From Eledone cirrhosa (taxonomy: Eukaryota): a stretch of DNA of 64,000 nucleotides. A program made the position numbers and the translations under genes. The notes below the pieces were generated by a model. That model worked only from the letters and a program-made list of their open reading frames with translations. It was not told where the DNA came from and did not search any database. The stretch covers positions 11,718,001 through 11,782,000 of the forward strand of contig OZ024742.1 of NCBI GenBank assembly GCA_964016885.1, given 5' to 3'. Shown here piece after piece: positions 30,240 through 45,003 of this stretch (within the stretch, counting starts at the first letter, position 1; each line of letters starts with the position of its first letter).

Positions 30240-31910
30240 ATACCAGAAAGTTAATTCCAGAACGTTAATTCCAGAAAGTTAATTCCAGAACGTTAATTCC
30301 AGAAAGTTAATTCCAGAACGTTAATTCCACAACGTTAATTCCAGAACGTTAATTCCAGAAAGTTAATTCCAGAACGTTTATGCCAAAACGTTAATTCCAG
30401 AACGGAAATTCCAGAACATTAATTCCAGAACGTTAATTCCAGAACGTTAATACCAGAACGTTAATTCCAGAACGTTATTTCCAGAAAGTTAATTCCAGAA
30501 CGTTAATTCTAGAAGGTTAATTCCAGAACGTTAATTCCAGAAAGTTATTTTCAAATCATTAATTTCAGAACGTTAATTCCAGAACGTTAATTCTAGAATG
30601 TTAATTCCAGATCATTAATTCCAGAACGTTAAATTCCTAAACGTTAATTCCTGAACGTTTATGCCAGAACCTTAATTCCAGAAAGTTATTTCCAGAACAT
30701 TAATTCCAGTACGTTAATTCCAGAACGTTAATTCCAGAACGTTAATTACGGAAATTTATTTCCAGATCGTTAATTTCAGAACGTTAATTCCAGAAAGTTA
30801 ATTCCAGAACGTTAATTCCAGAACATTTATTCCAGAACGTTAATTCCAGAACGTTAATTCCAGAACGTTTATGCCAGAACGTTAATTCCAAAACGTTAAT
30901 TCCATAAAGATATTTTCAGATCATTAATTTCAGAACGTTAATTCCAGAACTTTTTTTGCAGAAAGTTAATTCCAGAAAGTTTATTCCAGAACGTTAATTC
31001 CAGAAGGTTAATTACAGAAAGTTAATTCCAGAACGTTGATTCCAGAACATTTATTCCAGAACGTAAATTCCAGAACTGTAATTCCAGAACGTTAATTCCA
31101 GAAACTTAATTCCAGAAACTTAATTCCAGAAAGTTAATTCCAGAACGTTAATTCCAGAAAGTTAATTCCAGAACGTTAATTCCAGAACGTTAATTCCAGA
31201 ACGTTAATTCCAGAAAGTTAATTCCAGAACGTTTATGCCAAAACGTTAATTCCAGAACGGAAATTCCAGAACATTAATTCCAGAACGTTAATTCCAGAAC
31301 GTTAATACCAGAACGTTAATTCCAGAACGTTATTTCCAGAAAGTTAATTCCAGAACGTTAATTCTAGAAGGTTAATTCCAGAACGTTAATTCCAGAAAGT
31401 TATTTTCAAATCATTAATTTCAGAACGTTAATTCCAGAACGTTAATTCTAGAATGTTAATTCCAGATCATTAATTCCAGAACGTTAAATTCCTAAACGTT
31501 AATTCCTGAACGTTTATGCCAGAACCTTAATTCCAGAAAGTTATTTCCAGAACATTAATTCCAGTACGTTAATTCCAGAACGTTAATTCCAGAACGTTAA
31601 TTACGGAAATTTATTTCCAGATCGTTAATTTCAGAACATTAATTCCAGAAAGTTAATTCCAGAACGTTAATTCCAGAACATTTATTCCAGAACGTTAATT
31701 CCAGAACGTTAATTCCAGAACGTTTATGCCAGAACGTTAATTCCAAAACGTTAATTCCATAAAGATATTTTCAGATCATTAATTTCAGAACGTTAATTCC
31801 AGAACTTTTTTTGCAGAATGTTAATTCCAGAAAGTTTATTCCAGAACGTTAATTCCAGAACGTTAATTACAGAAAGTTAATTCCAGAACGTTGATTCCAG
31901 AACATTTATT
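30240..31910. repeat. Tandem duplication of an 855-bp (61-monomer) satellite block
   Basis: aaattcctaa at 30631 and 31486; ttacggaaatttatt and acttttttgcag markers are also present in both copies. Confidence 0.85.
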
Positions 31911-34900
31911 CCAGAACGTTAATTCCAGAACGTTAATTCCAGAATGTTTATGCCAGAACGTTAATTCCAAAACGTTAACTTCAAAACTTTAATTCCATAA
32001 AGATATTTTCAGATCATTAAATTCAGAACGTTAATTCCAGAACGTTAATTCCAGAACGTTAATTCCAGAAAGTTAATTCCAGAACGTTTATGTCAGAACG
32101 TTAATTCCAGAACGTTAATTCAAGAACGTTAGTTCCAGAACGTTTATGCCAGAACGTTAATTCCAGAATGTTAATTTCAGAACGTTAATTCCAGAACGTT
32201 AATTCCAGTACGGTAATTCCAGAACGTTAATTCCAAAATTTATTACCAGAATGTTAATTCCAGAAAGTTAATTCCAGAACGTTAATTCCAGAACGTTAAT
32301 ACCAGAAAGTCAATTCCAGAACGTTAATTCCAGAAAATTGATTCCAGAACGTTAATTCCAGTACAATAATTCCAGAAAGTTATTTCCAGAACATTAATTC
32401 CAGTACGTTAATTCCAGAACGTTTATTCCAGAACGTTAATTCCAGAACGTTAATTCCAGAGCGTTAATTCCAGAAAGTTAATTCGAGAAAGTTATTTTGA
32501 GATGATTAATTTCAGAACGTTAATTCCAGAACATTTATTCCAGAACGTTAATTCCGGAATGTTTATGCCAGAGCATTAATTCCAGAACGTCAATTCCAGA
32601 ACGTTAATACCAGAACGTTAATTCCAGAACGTTAATCCCAGTACGTTAGTTCCAGAAAGTTAATTCCAGAACGTTAATTCCAGAACGTTCATGTCAGAAC
32701 GTTAGTTCCAGAATGTTAATTCCAGAACGTTTATGCCAGAACGTTAATTCCAGAACGTTAATTCCAGAACGTTAATTCCGGAACGTTAATTCCAGAAAGA
32801 TAATTCCACAACGTTAATTCCAGAAAGTTAATTCCAGAAAATTAATTCCAGAACGTTCATTCCAGAAAGTTAATTCCAGAACGTAAATTCCAGAACATTA
32901 ATTCCAAAACGTTAATTCCAGAAAGTCAATTCCAGAATGTTAATTCCAGAACGTTAATTCCAGAACGTTAATTCTAGAACATTAATTCCAGAACGTTAAT
33001 TCTAGAACGTTAATTTCAGAAACGTTAATTCCAGAAAGTTAATTCCAGAACGTTATTTCCAGAACCTTAATTCCAGAACGGTTATTCCAGAACGTTAATT
33101 CCATAACGTTAATTCCAGAACATAAATTCCAGAACGTTAATTCCAGAACGTTAAATCCGGAACGTTAATTCCAGAACGATAATTCCCGAACGTTTATTCC
33201 AGAGCGTTAATTCCAGAACTATTTTGCCAGAACGTTAATTACAGAACGTTAATTCCAAAACGTTAATTTCAGAACGTTAATTCCAGAACTTTAATTCCAG
33301 AGCGTTAATTACGGAGCGTTAATTCCAGAAAGTTAATTCCAGAACGTTAATTCCACCACGTTAATTCCAGAAAGTTAATTCCAGAACGTTAATTCCAGAA
33401 AGTTAATTCCAGAAAATTAATTCCAGAACGTTAATTCCAGAAAGTTAATTCTAGAACGTTAATTCCAGAACATTAATTCCAGAACGTTAATTCCAGAAAG
33501 TCAATTCCAGAATGTTAATTCCAGAACGTTAATTCGAGAAAGATAATTCTAGAACGTTAATTCCAGAACGTTAATTCAAGAAAGATAATTCTAGAACGTT
33601 AAATCCAGAACGTTAATTCCAGAACGTTTATTCCAGAACGTTAATTCCTGAACATTAATTCCAGAACGGTAATTCCAGAACGTTAATTCCATAACGTTAA
33701 TTCCAGAGCGTTAATTCCACAACGTTTATGCCAGAACGTTAATTCCAGAACGTTAATTCCGGAACGTTAATTCAGGAACGTTAATTCGAGAACGTTAATT
33801 CCAGAACGTTAATTCCAGTACGTTAATTCCAGAACGTTAATTCCAGAAAGTTAATTCCAGAACGGTAATTACAGAACGTTAATTCCAGAAAGTTATTTCG
33901 AGAAAATTAATTTCATAACGTTAATTCCAGAACGTTAATTCCAGAACATTAATTCCAGAACGTTAATTCCAGAACGTTAATTCCATAACCTTAATTGCAG
34001 AACATTAATTCCGGAGCGTTAATTCCAGAACGTTAATTCCACAACGTTAATTCAAGAACGTTTATGTCAGAACGTTAATTCCAGAAAGTTATGTCCAGAA
34101 CATTAATTCCAGTACGTTAATTGCAGAACGTTTATTCCAGAACGTTAATTCCAGAACGTTAATTCAAGAACGTTAATTCCAGAAAGTTAATTCCAGAACA
34201 TTAATTCCAGAACGTTAATGCCAAAACGTTTATTTCAGAAAGTTATTTCCAGAACATTAATTCGAGTACGTTAATTGCAGAACGTTAATTCCAGAACGTT
34301 AATTCCGGAAAGTTATTTCCAGATCATTGATTTCAGAACGTTAATTCCAGAAGGTTTATTCCAGAACGTTAATTCCAGAACGTTAATTCCAAAAAGTTAT
34401 TTCCAGAACATTAATTTCAGAACATTAATTCCAGAACGTTAATTCCAGAACATTAATTCCAGAACGTTAATTCCAGAACGTTAAATTCCATAACGTTAAT
34501 TCTAGAACATTAATTCCAGAACGTTAATTCCAGAACGTTAATTCCAGAACGTTAATTCCAGAACGTTAATTCCAGAACGTTAATTCCAGAAAGTTATTTC
34601 CAGAACATTAATTCCAGAACATTAATTCCAGAACATTAATTCAAGAACGTTAATGCCAGAACGGTAATTGCTGAACGTTAATTCCAGAACGTTAATTCCA
34701 GAAAGTTAATTCTAGAACGTTAAGTCCAGAACGTTAATTCCAGAACGTTTACTCGAGAACGTTAATTCCAGAACGTTAATTCCGGAACGTTAATTCCAGA
34801 ACGTTAATTCCAGAACGTTAATTCCAGAACCTAAATTCCAGAAAGTTAATTCCAGAACGTTACTTCCAGAACGTTAATTCCAGAAGATTCATTCAAAAAC

Positions 34901-37251
34901 GTTAATTCCAGAACGTTAATTCCAGAAAGTTAATTCAGAACGTTAATTCCAGAAAGTTAATTCCAGGACGTTAATTCCAGAACGTTAATTCCAGAAAGTT
35001 AATTCCAGAACGTTAATTCGAGAACGTTAATTCCAGAACGTTAATTACAGAAACTTAATTCCAGAACATTAATTCCATAACGTTAATTCCAGAAAGTTAT
35101 TTCCAGAACGTTAATTCCAGAACGTTAATTCCATAAATTAATTCCAGAAAGTTAATTCCAGAACGTTGATTCCAGAAAGTTATTTCCAGAACGTTAATTC
35201 CAGAACGTTAATTCCACAAAGTTAATTCCAGAACGTTAATTCCAGAACGTTAATTACAGAACGTTAATTCCGGAAAGTTATTTCCAGATCATTAATTTCA
35301 GAACGTTAATTCCAGAACGTTTATTCCAGAACATTAATTCCAGAACGTTAATTCCAGAACGTTAATTCCAGAACGTTAATTCCAGAACGTTAATTCCAGA
35401 ACGTTAATTCCAGAAAGTTATCTCCAGAACATTAATTCCAGAACGGTAATTCCAGAACATTAATTCCAGAACATTAATTCCAGAACGTTAATTCGAGAAC
35501 GTTAATTCCATCACGTTAATTCTAGAACATTAATTCCAGAACGTTAATTCCAGAACGTTAATTCCAGCACGTTAATACCAGAACGTTAATTCCAGAACGT
35601 TAATTCCAGAAAGTTAATTCCAGAACGTTAATTCCAGAAAGTTAATTCCAGAACATTAATTCCAGTACGTTAATTCAGAGAACGTTAATTCCAGAACGTT
35701 AATTCCGGAAAGTTATTTCCAGATCATTAATTTCAGAACGTTAATTCCAGAACGTTTATTCCAGAACGTTAATTCCAGAACGTTAATTCCAGAACGTTAA
35801 TTCCAGAACGTTAATTCCAGAACATTTATTCCAGAACGTTAATTCCAGAACGTTAATTCCAGAAAGTTAATTCCAGAACGTTAATTCCAGAACATTTATT
35901 CCAGAACGTTAATTCCAGAACGTTAATTCCAGAATGTTTATGCCAAAACGTTAATTCCAAAACGTTAATTCCAAAACTTTAATTCCATAAAGATATTTTC
36001 AGATCATTAAATTCAGAACGTTAATTCCAGAACGTTAATTCCAGAACGTTAATTCCAGAAAGTTAATTCCAGTAGGTTAATTCATGAACGTTAATTCCAG
36101 AAAGTCAATTCCAGAACGTTAATTCCAGAAAGTTAATTCCAGAACGTTAATTCCGGAACGTTATTTCCAGATCATTAATTTCAGAACGTTAATTCCAGAA
36201 CGTTTATTCCAGAACGTTAATTCCAGAACTTTAATTCCAGAAAGTTATTTCCAGAACATTAATTTCAGAACATTAATTCCAGAACGTTAATTCCAGAACA
36301 TTAATTCCAGAACGTTAATTTGAGAACGTTAATTCCATCACGTTAATTCTAGAACATTAATTCCAGAATGTTAATTCCAGAACGTTAATTCCAGAACGTT
36401 AATACCAGAACGTTAATTCCAGAACGTTAATTGCAGAAAGTTAATTCCAGAACGTTAATTCCAGAAAGTTATTTCCAGAACATTAATTCCAGTACGTTAA
36501 TTCAGAGAACGTTAATTCCAGAACGTTAATTCCGGAAAGTTATTTCCAGATCACTAATTTCAGAACGTAAATTCCAGAACGTTTATTCCAGAACGTTAAT
36601 TCCAGAACGTTAATTCCAGAACGTTAATTCCTGAACGTTAATTCCAGAACGTTAATTCCAGAACATTTATTCCAGAACGTTAATTCCAGAACGTTAATTC
36701 CAGAAAGTTAATTCCAGAACGTTAATTCCAGAACATTTATTCCAGAACGTTAATTCCAGAACGTTAATTCCAGAACGTTAATTCCAGAACGTTAATTCCA
36801 GAAGGTTAATTCCAGAACGTTAATTCCAGAAAGTTAATTCAGAACGTTAATTCCAGAAAGTTAATTCCAGGACGTTAATTCCAGAACGTTAATTCCAGAA
36901 AGTTAATTCCAGAACGTTAATTCGAGAACGTTAATTCCAGAACTTTAATTACAGAAACTTAATTCCAGAACGTTAATTCCATAACGTTAATTCCAGAAAG
37001 TTATTTCCAGAACGTTAATTCCAGAACGTTAATTCCATAAATTAATTCCAGAAAGTTAATTCCAGAACGTTAATTCCAGATAGTTATTTCCAGAACGTTA
37101 ATTCCAGAACGTTAATACCAGAAAGTTAATTCCAGAACGTTAATTCCAGAAAGTTAATTCCAGAACGTTAATTCCAGAACGTTAATTCCAGAACGTTAAT
37201 TCCAGAACGTTAATTCCGGAAAGTTATTTCCAGATCATTAACTTCAGAACG

Positions 37252-40200
37252 TTAATTCCAGAACGTTTATTCCAGAACATTAATTCCAGAACGTTAATTC
37301 CAGAACGTTAATTCCAGAACGTTAATTCCAGAACGTTAATTCCAGAACGTTAATTCCAGAAAGTTATTTCCAGAACATTAATTCCAGAACGTTAATTCCA
37401 GAACATTAATTCCAGAACATTAATTCAAGAACGTTAATTCCAGAACGGTAATTGCTGAACGTTAATTCCAGAACGTTAATTCCAGAAAGTTAATTCTAGA
37501 AAGTTAATTCCAGAACGTTAATTCCGGAACGTTAATTCCAGAACGTTAATTCCAGAACGTTAATTCCAAAACCTAAATTCCAGAAAGTTAATTCCAGAAC
37601 GTTACTTCCAGAACGTTAATTCCAGAAGATTCATTCAAAAACGTTAATTCCAGAACGTTAATTCCAGAAAGTTAATTCCAGAACGTTAATTCCAGAACGT
37701 TAATTCCAGGAGGTTAATTCCAGAACGTTAATTCTAGAACATTAATTCCAGAACGTTAATTCCAGAACGTTAATTCCAGGACGTTAATTCCAGAACGTTA
37801 ATTCCAGAAAGTTAATTCCAGAAAGTTAATTCGAGAACGTTAATTTCCTGAACGTTAATTACAGAAACTTAATTCCAGAACGTTAATTCCATAACGTTAA
37901 TTCCAGAAAGATATTTCCAGAACGTTAATTCCAGAACGTTAATTCCAGAAAGTTAATTCCAGAACGTTAATTCCAGAAAGTTAATTCCAGAACGTTAATT
38001 CCAGAACGTTAATTCCAGAACGTTAATTCCAGAAAGTTATTTCCAGAACATTAATTCCAGTACGTTAATTCCAGAACGTTAATTACAGAACGTTAATTAC
38101 GGAAAGTTATTTCCAGATCATTAATTTCAGAACGTTAATTCCAGAACGTTTATTCCAGAACGTTAATTCCAGAACGTTAATTCCAGAAAGTTATTTCCAG
38201 AACATTAATTTCAGAACATTAATTCCAGAACGTTAATTCCAGAACATTAATTCCAGAACGTTAATTCGAGAACGTTAATTCCATCACGTTAATTCTAGAA
38301 CATTAATTCCAGAACGTTAATTCCAGCACGTTAATACCAGAACGTTAATTCCAGAACGTTAATTCCAGAAAGTTAATTCCAGAACGTTAATTCCAGAAAG
38401 TTAATTCCAGAACATTAATTCCAGTACGTTAATTCAGAGAACGTTAATTCCAGAACGTTAATTCCGGAAAGTTATTTCCAGATCATTAATTTCAGAACGT
38501 TAATTCCAGAACGTTTATTCCAGAACGTTAATTCCAGAACGTTAATTCCAGAACGGTAATTCCAGAACGTTAATTCCAGAACGTTAATTCCAGAACATTT
38601 ATTCCAGAACGTTAATTCCAGAACGTTAATTCCAGAAAGTTAATTCCAGAACGTTAATTCCAGAACATTTATTCCAGAACGTTAATTCCAGAAAGTTAAT
38701 TCCAGAACGTTAATTCCAGAACATTTATTCCAGAACGTTAATTCCAGAACGTTAATTCCAGAATGTTTATGCCAGAACGTTAATTCCAAAACGTTAATTC
38801 CAAAACTTTAATTCCATAAAGATATTTTCAGATCATTAAATTCAGAACGTTAATTCCAGAACGTTAATTCCAGAACGTTAATTCCAGAAAGTTAATTCCA
38901 GTAGGTTAATTCATGAACGTTAATTCCAAAAAGTCAATTCCAGAATGTTAATTCCAGAAAGTTAATTCCAGAACGTTAATTCCGGAAAGTTATTTCCAGA
39001 TCTTTAATTTCAGAACGTTAATTCCAGAACGTTTATTCCAGAACGTTAATTCCAGAACGTTAATTCCAGAAAGTTATTTCCAGAACATTAATTTCAGAAC
39101 ATTAATTCCAGAACTTTAATTCCAGAACATTAATTCCAGAACGTTAATTCGAGAACGTTAATTCCATCACGTTAATTCTAGAACATTAATTCCAGAACGT
39201 TTATTCCAGAACATTAATTCCAGAACGTTAATTCCAGAACGTTAATTCCAGAACGTTAATTCCAGAACGTTAATTCCAGAACGTTAATTCCAGAAAGTTA
39301 TTTCCAGAACATTAATTCCAGAACGTTAATTCCAGAACATTAATTCCAGAACATTAATTCAAGAACGTTAATTCCAGAACGGTAATTGCTGAACGTTAAT
39401 TCCAGAACGTTAATTCCAGAAAGTTAATTCTAGAAAGTTAATTCCAGAACGTTAATTCCGGAACGTTAATTCCAGAACGTTAATTCCAGAACGTTAATTC
39501 CAAAACCTAAATTCCAGAAAGTTAATTCCAGAACGTTACTTCCAGAACGTTAATTCCAGAAGATTCATTCAAAAACGTTAATTCCAGAACGTTAATTCCA
39601 GAAAGTTAATTCCAGAACGTTAATTCCAGAACGTTAATTCCAGGAGGTTAATTCCAGAACGTTAATTCTAGAACATTAATTCCAGAACGTTAATTCCAGA
39701 ACGTTAATTCCAGGACGTTAATTCCAGAACGTTAATTCCAGAAAGTTAATTCCAGAAAGTTAATTCGAGAACGTTAATTTCCTGAACGTTAATTACAGAA
39801 ACTTAATTCCAGAACGTTAATTCCATAACGTTAATTCCAGAAAGATATTTCCAGAACGTTAATTCCAGAACGTTAATTCCAGAAAGTTAATTCCAGAACG
39901 TTAATTCCAGAAAGTTAATTCCAGAACGTTAATTCCAGAACGTTAATTCCAGAACGTTAATTCCAGAAAGTTATTTCCAGAACATTAATTCCAGTACGTT
40001 AATTCCAGAACGTTAATTACAGAACGTTAATTACGGAAAGTTATTTCCAGATCATTAATTTCAGAACGTTAATTCCAGAACGTTTATTCCAGAACGTTAA
40101 TTCCAGAACGTTAATTCCAGAAAGTTATTTCCAGAACATTAATTTCAGAACATTAATTCCAGAACGTTAATTCCAGAACATTAATTCCAGAACGTTAATT

Positions 40201-43200
40201 CGAGAACGTTAATTCCATCACGTTAATTCTAGAACATTAATTCCAGAACGTTAATTCCAGCACGTTAATACCAGAACGTTAATTCCAGAACGTTAATTCC
40301 AGAAAGTTAATTCCAGAACGTTAATTCCAGAAAGTTAATTCCAGAACATTAATTCCAGTACGTTAATTCAGAGAACGTTAATTCCAGAACGTTAATTCCG
40401 GAAAGTTATTTCCAGATCATTAATTTCAGAACGTTAATTCCAGAACGTTTATTCCAGAACGTTAATTCCAGAACGTTAATTCCAGAACGGTAATTCCAGA
40501 ACGTTAATTCCAGAACGTTAATTCCAGAACATTTATTCCAGAACGTTAATTCCAGAACGTTAATTCCAGAAAGTTAATTCCAGAACGTTAATTCCAGAAC
40601 ATTTATTCCAGAACGTTAATTCCAGAAAGTTAATTCCAGAACGTTAATTCCAGAACATTTATTCCAGAACGTTAATTCCAGAACGTTAATTCCAGAATGT
40701 TTATGCCAGAACGTTAATTCCAAAACGTTAATTCCAAAACTTTAATTCCATAAAGATATTTTCAGATCATTAAATTCAGAACGTTAATTCCAGAACGTTA
40801 ATTCCAGAACGTTAATTCCAGAAAGTTAATTCCAGTAGGTTAATTCATGAACGTTAATTCCAAAAAGTCAATTCCAGAATGTTAATTCCAGAAAGTTAAT
40901 TCCAGAACGTTAATTCCGGAAAGTTATTTCCAGATCTTTAATTTCAGAACGTTAATTCCAGAACGTTTATTCCAGAACGTTAATTCCAGAACGTTAATTC
41001 CAGAAAGTTATTTCCAGAACATTAATTTCAGAACATTAATTCCAGAACTTTAATTCCAGAACATTAATTCCAGAACGTTAATTCGAGAACGTTAATTCCA
41101 TCACGTTAATTCTAGAACATTAATTCCAGAACGTTTATTCCAGAACATTAATTCCAGAACGTTAATTCCAGAACGTTAATTCCAGAACGTTAATTCCAGA
41201 ACGTTAATTCCAGAACGTTAATTCCAGAAAGTTATTTCCAGAACATTAATTCCAGAACGTTAATTCCAGAACATTAATTCCAGAACATTAATTCAAGAAC
41301 GTTAATTCCAGAACGGTAATTGCTGAACGTTAATTCCAGAACGTTAATTCCAGAAAGTTAATTCTAGAAAGTTAATTCCAGAACGTTAATTCCGGAACGT
41401 TAATTCCAGAACGTTAATTCCAGAACGTTAATTCCAAAACCTAAATTCCAGAAAGTTAATTCCAGAACGTTACTTCCAGAACGTTAATTCCAGAAGATTC
41501 ATTCAAAAACGTTAATTCCAGAACGTTAATTCCAGAAAGTTAATTCCAGAACGTTAATTCCAGAACGTTAATTCCAGGAGGTTAATTCCAGAACGTTAAT
41601 TCTAGAACATTAATTCCAGAACGTTAATTCCAGAACGTTAATTCCAGGACGTTAATTCCAGAACGTTAATTCCAGAAAGTTAATTCCAGAAAGTTAATTC
41701 GAGAACGTTAATTTCCTGAACGTTAATTACAGAAACTTAATTCCAGAACGTTAATTCCATAACGTTAATTCCAGAAAGATATTTCCAGAACGTTAATTCC
41801 AGAACGTTAATTCCAGAAAGTTAATTCCAGAACGTTAATTCCAGAAAGTTAATTCCAGAACGTTAATTCCAGAACGTTAATTCCAGAACGTTAATTCCAG
41901 AAAGTTATTTCCAGAACATTAATTCCAGTACGTTAATTCCAGAACGTTAATTACAGAACGTTAATTACGGAAAGTTATTTCCAGATCATTAATTTCAGAA
42001 CGTTAATTCCAGAACGTTTATTCCAGAACGTTAATTCCAGAACGTTAATTCCAGAAAGTTATTTCCAGAACATTAATTTCAGAACATTAATTCCAGAACG
42101 TTAATTCCAGAACATTAATTCCAGAACGTTAATTCGAGAACGTTAATTCCATCACGTTAATTCTAGAACATTAATTCCAGAACGTTAATTCCAGCACGTT
42201 AATACCAGAACGTTAATTCCAGAACGTTAATTCCAGAAAGTTAATTCCAGAACGTTAATTCCAGAAAGTTAATTCCAGAACATTAATTCCAGTACGTTAA
42301 TTCAGAGAACGTTAATTCCAGAACGTTAATTCCGGAAAGTTATTTCCAGATCATTAATTTCAGAACGTTAATTCCAGAACGTTTATTCCAGAACGTTAAT
42401 TCCAGAACGTTAATTCCAGAACGGTAATTCCAGAACGTTAATTCCAGAACGTTAATTCCAGAACATTTATTCCAGAACGTTAATTCCAGAACGTTAATTC
42501 CAGAAAGTTAATTCCAGAACGTTAATTCCAGAACATTTATTCCAGAACGTTAATTCCAGAAAGTTAATTCCAGAACGTTAATTCCAGAACATTTATTCCA
42601 GAACGTTAATTCCAGAACGTTAATTCCAGAATGTTTATGCCAGAACGTTAATTCCAAAACGTTAATTCCAAAACTTTAATTCCATAAAGATATTTTCAGA
42701 TCATTAAATTCAGAACGTTAATTCCAGAACGTTAATTCCAGAACGTTAATTCCAGAAAGTTAATTCCAGTAGGTTAATTCATGAACGTTAATTCCAAAAA
42801 GTCAATTCCAGAATGTTAATTCCAGAAAGTTAATTCCAGAACGTTAATTCCGGAAAGTTATTTCCAGATCTTTAATTTCAGAACGTTAATTCCAGAACGT
42901 TTATTCCAGAACGTTAATTCCAGAACGTTAATTCCAGAAAGTTATTTCCAGAACATTAATTTCAGAACATTAATTCCAGAACTTTAATTCCAGAACATTA
43001 ATTCCAGAACGTTAATTCGAGAACGTTAATTCCATCACGTTAATTCTAGAACATTAATTCCAGAACGTTTATTCCAGAACATTAATTCCAGAACGTTAAT
43101 TCCAGAACGTTAATTCCAGAACGTTAATTCCAGAACGTTAATTCCAGAACGTTAATTCCAGAAAGTTATTTCCAGAACATTAATTCCAGAACGTTAATTC

Positions 43201-45003
43201 CAGAACATTAATTCCAGAACATTAATTCAAGAACGTTAATTCCAGAACGGTAATTGCTGAACGTTAATTCCAGAACGTTAATTCCAGAAAGTTAATTCTA
43301 GAAAGTTAATTCCAGAACGTTAATTCCGGAACGTTAATTCCAGAACGTTAATTCCAGAACGTTAATTCCAAAACCTAAATTCCAGAAAGTTAATTCCAGA
43401 ACGTTACTTCCAGAACGTTAATTCCAGAAGATTCATTCAAAAACGTTAATTCCAGAACGTTAATTCCAGAAAGTTAATTCCAGAACGTTAATTCCAGAAC
43501 GTTAATTCCAGGAGGTTAATTCCAGAACGTTAATTCTAGAACATTAATTCCAGAACGTTAATTCCAGAACGTTAATTCCAGGACGTTAATTCCAGAACGT
43601 TAATTCCAGAAAGTTAATTCCAGAAAGTTAATTCGAGAACGTTAATTTCCTGAACGTTAATTACAGAAACTTAATTCCAGAACGTTAATTCCATAACGTT
43701 AATTCCAGAAAGATATTTCCAGAACGTTAATTCCAGAACGTTAATTCCAGAAAGTTAATTCCAGAACGTTAATTCCAGAAAGTTAATTCCAGAACGTTAA
43801 TTCCAGAACGTTAATTCCAGAACGTTAATTCCAGAAAGTTATTTCCAGAACATTAATTCCAGTACGTTAATTCCAGAACGTTAATTACAGAACGTTAATT
43901 ACGGAAAGTTATTTCCAGATCATTAATTTCAGAACGTTAATTCCAGAACGTTTATTCCAGAACGTTAATTCCAGAACGTTAATTCCAGAAAGTTATTTCC
44001 AGAACATTAATTTCAGAACATTAATTCCAGAACGTTAATTCCAGAACATTAATTCCAGAACGTTAATTCGAGAACGTTAATTCCATCACGTTAATTCTAG
44101 AACATTAATTCCAGAACGTTAATTCCAGCACGTTAATACCAGAACGTTAATTCCAGAACGTTAATTCCAGAAAGTTAATTCCAGAACGTTAATTCCAGAA
44201 AGTTAATTCCAGAACATTAATTCCAGTACGTTAATTCAGAGAACGTTAATTCCAGAACGTTAATTCCGGAAAGTTATTTCCAGATCATTAATTTCAGAAC
44301 GTTAATTCCAGAACGTTTATTCCAGAACGTTAATTCCAGAACGTTAATTCCAGAACGGTAATTCCAGAACGTTAATTCCAGAACGTTAATTCCAGAACAT
44401 TTATTCCAGAACGTTAATTCCAGAACGTTAATTCCAGAAAGTTAATTCCAGAACGTTAATTCCAGAACATTTATTCCAGAACGTTAATTCCAGAAAGTTA
44501 ATTCCAGAACGTTAATTCCAGAACATTTATTCCAGAACGTTAATTCCAGAACGTTAATTCCAGAATGTTTATGCCAGAACGTTAATTCCAAAACGTTAAT
44601 TCCAAAACTTTAATTCCATAAAGATATTTTCAGATCATTAAATTCAGAACGTTAATTCCAGAACGTTAATTCCAGAACGTTAATTCCAGAAAGTTAATTC
44701 CAGTAGGTTAATTCATGAACGTTAATTCCAAAAAGTCAATTCCAGAATGTTAATTCCAGAAAGTTAATTCCAGAACGTTAATTCCGGAAAGTTATTTCCA
44801 GATCTTTAATTTCAGAACGTTAATTCCAGAACGTTTATTCCAGAACGTTAATTCCAGAACGTTAATTCCAGAAAGTTATTTCCAGAACATTAATTTCAGA
44901 ACATTAATTCCAGAACTTTAATTCCAGAACATTAATTCCAGAACGTTAATTCGAGAACGTTAATTCCATCACGTTAATTCTAGAACATTAATTCCAGAAC
45001 GTT
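37252..45003. repeat. Higher-order repeat: 4 tandem copies of a 1934-bp unit (138 monomers plus two 1-bp insertions)
   Basis: caggagg at 37707, 39641, 41575, 43509; ccaaaaagtcaattcc at 38926, 40860, 42794, 44728; agatcttta at 38998, 40932, 42866, 44800. All spacings are exactly 1934. Confidence 0.95.
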
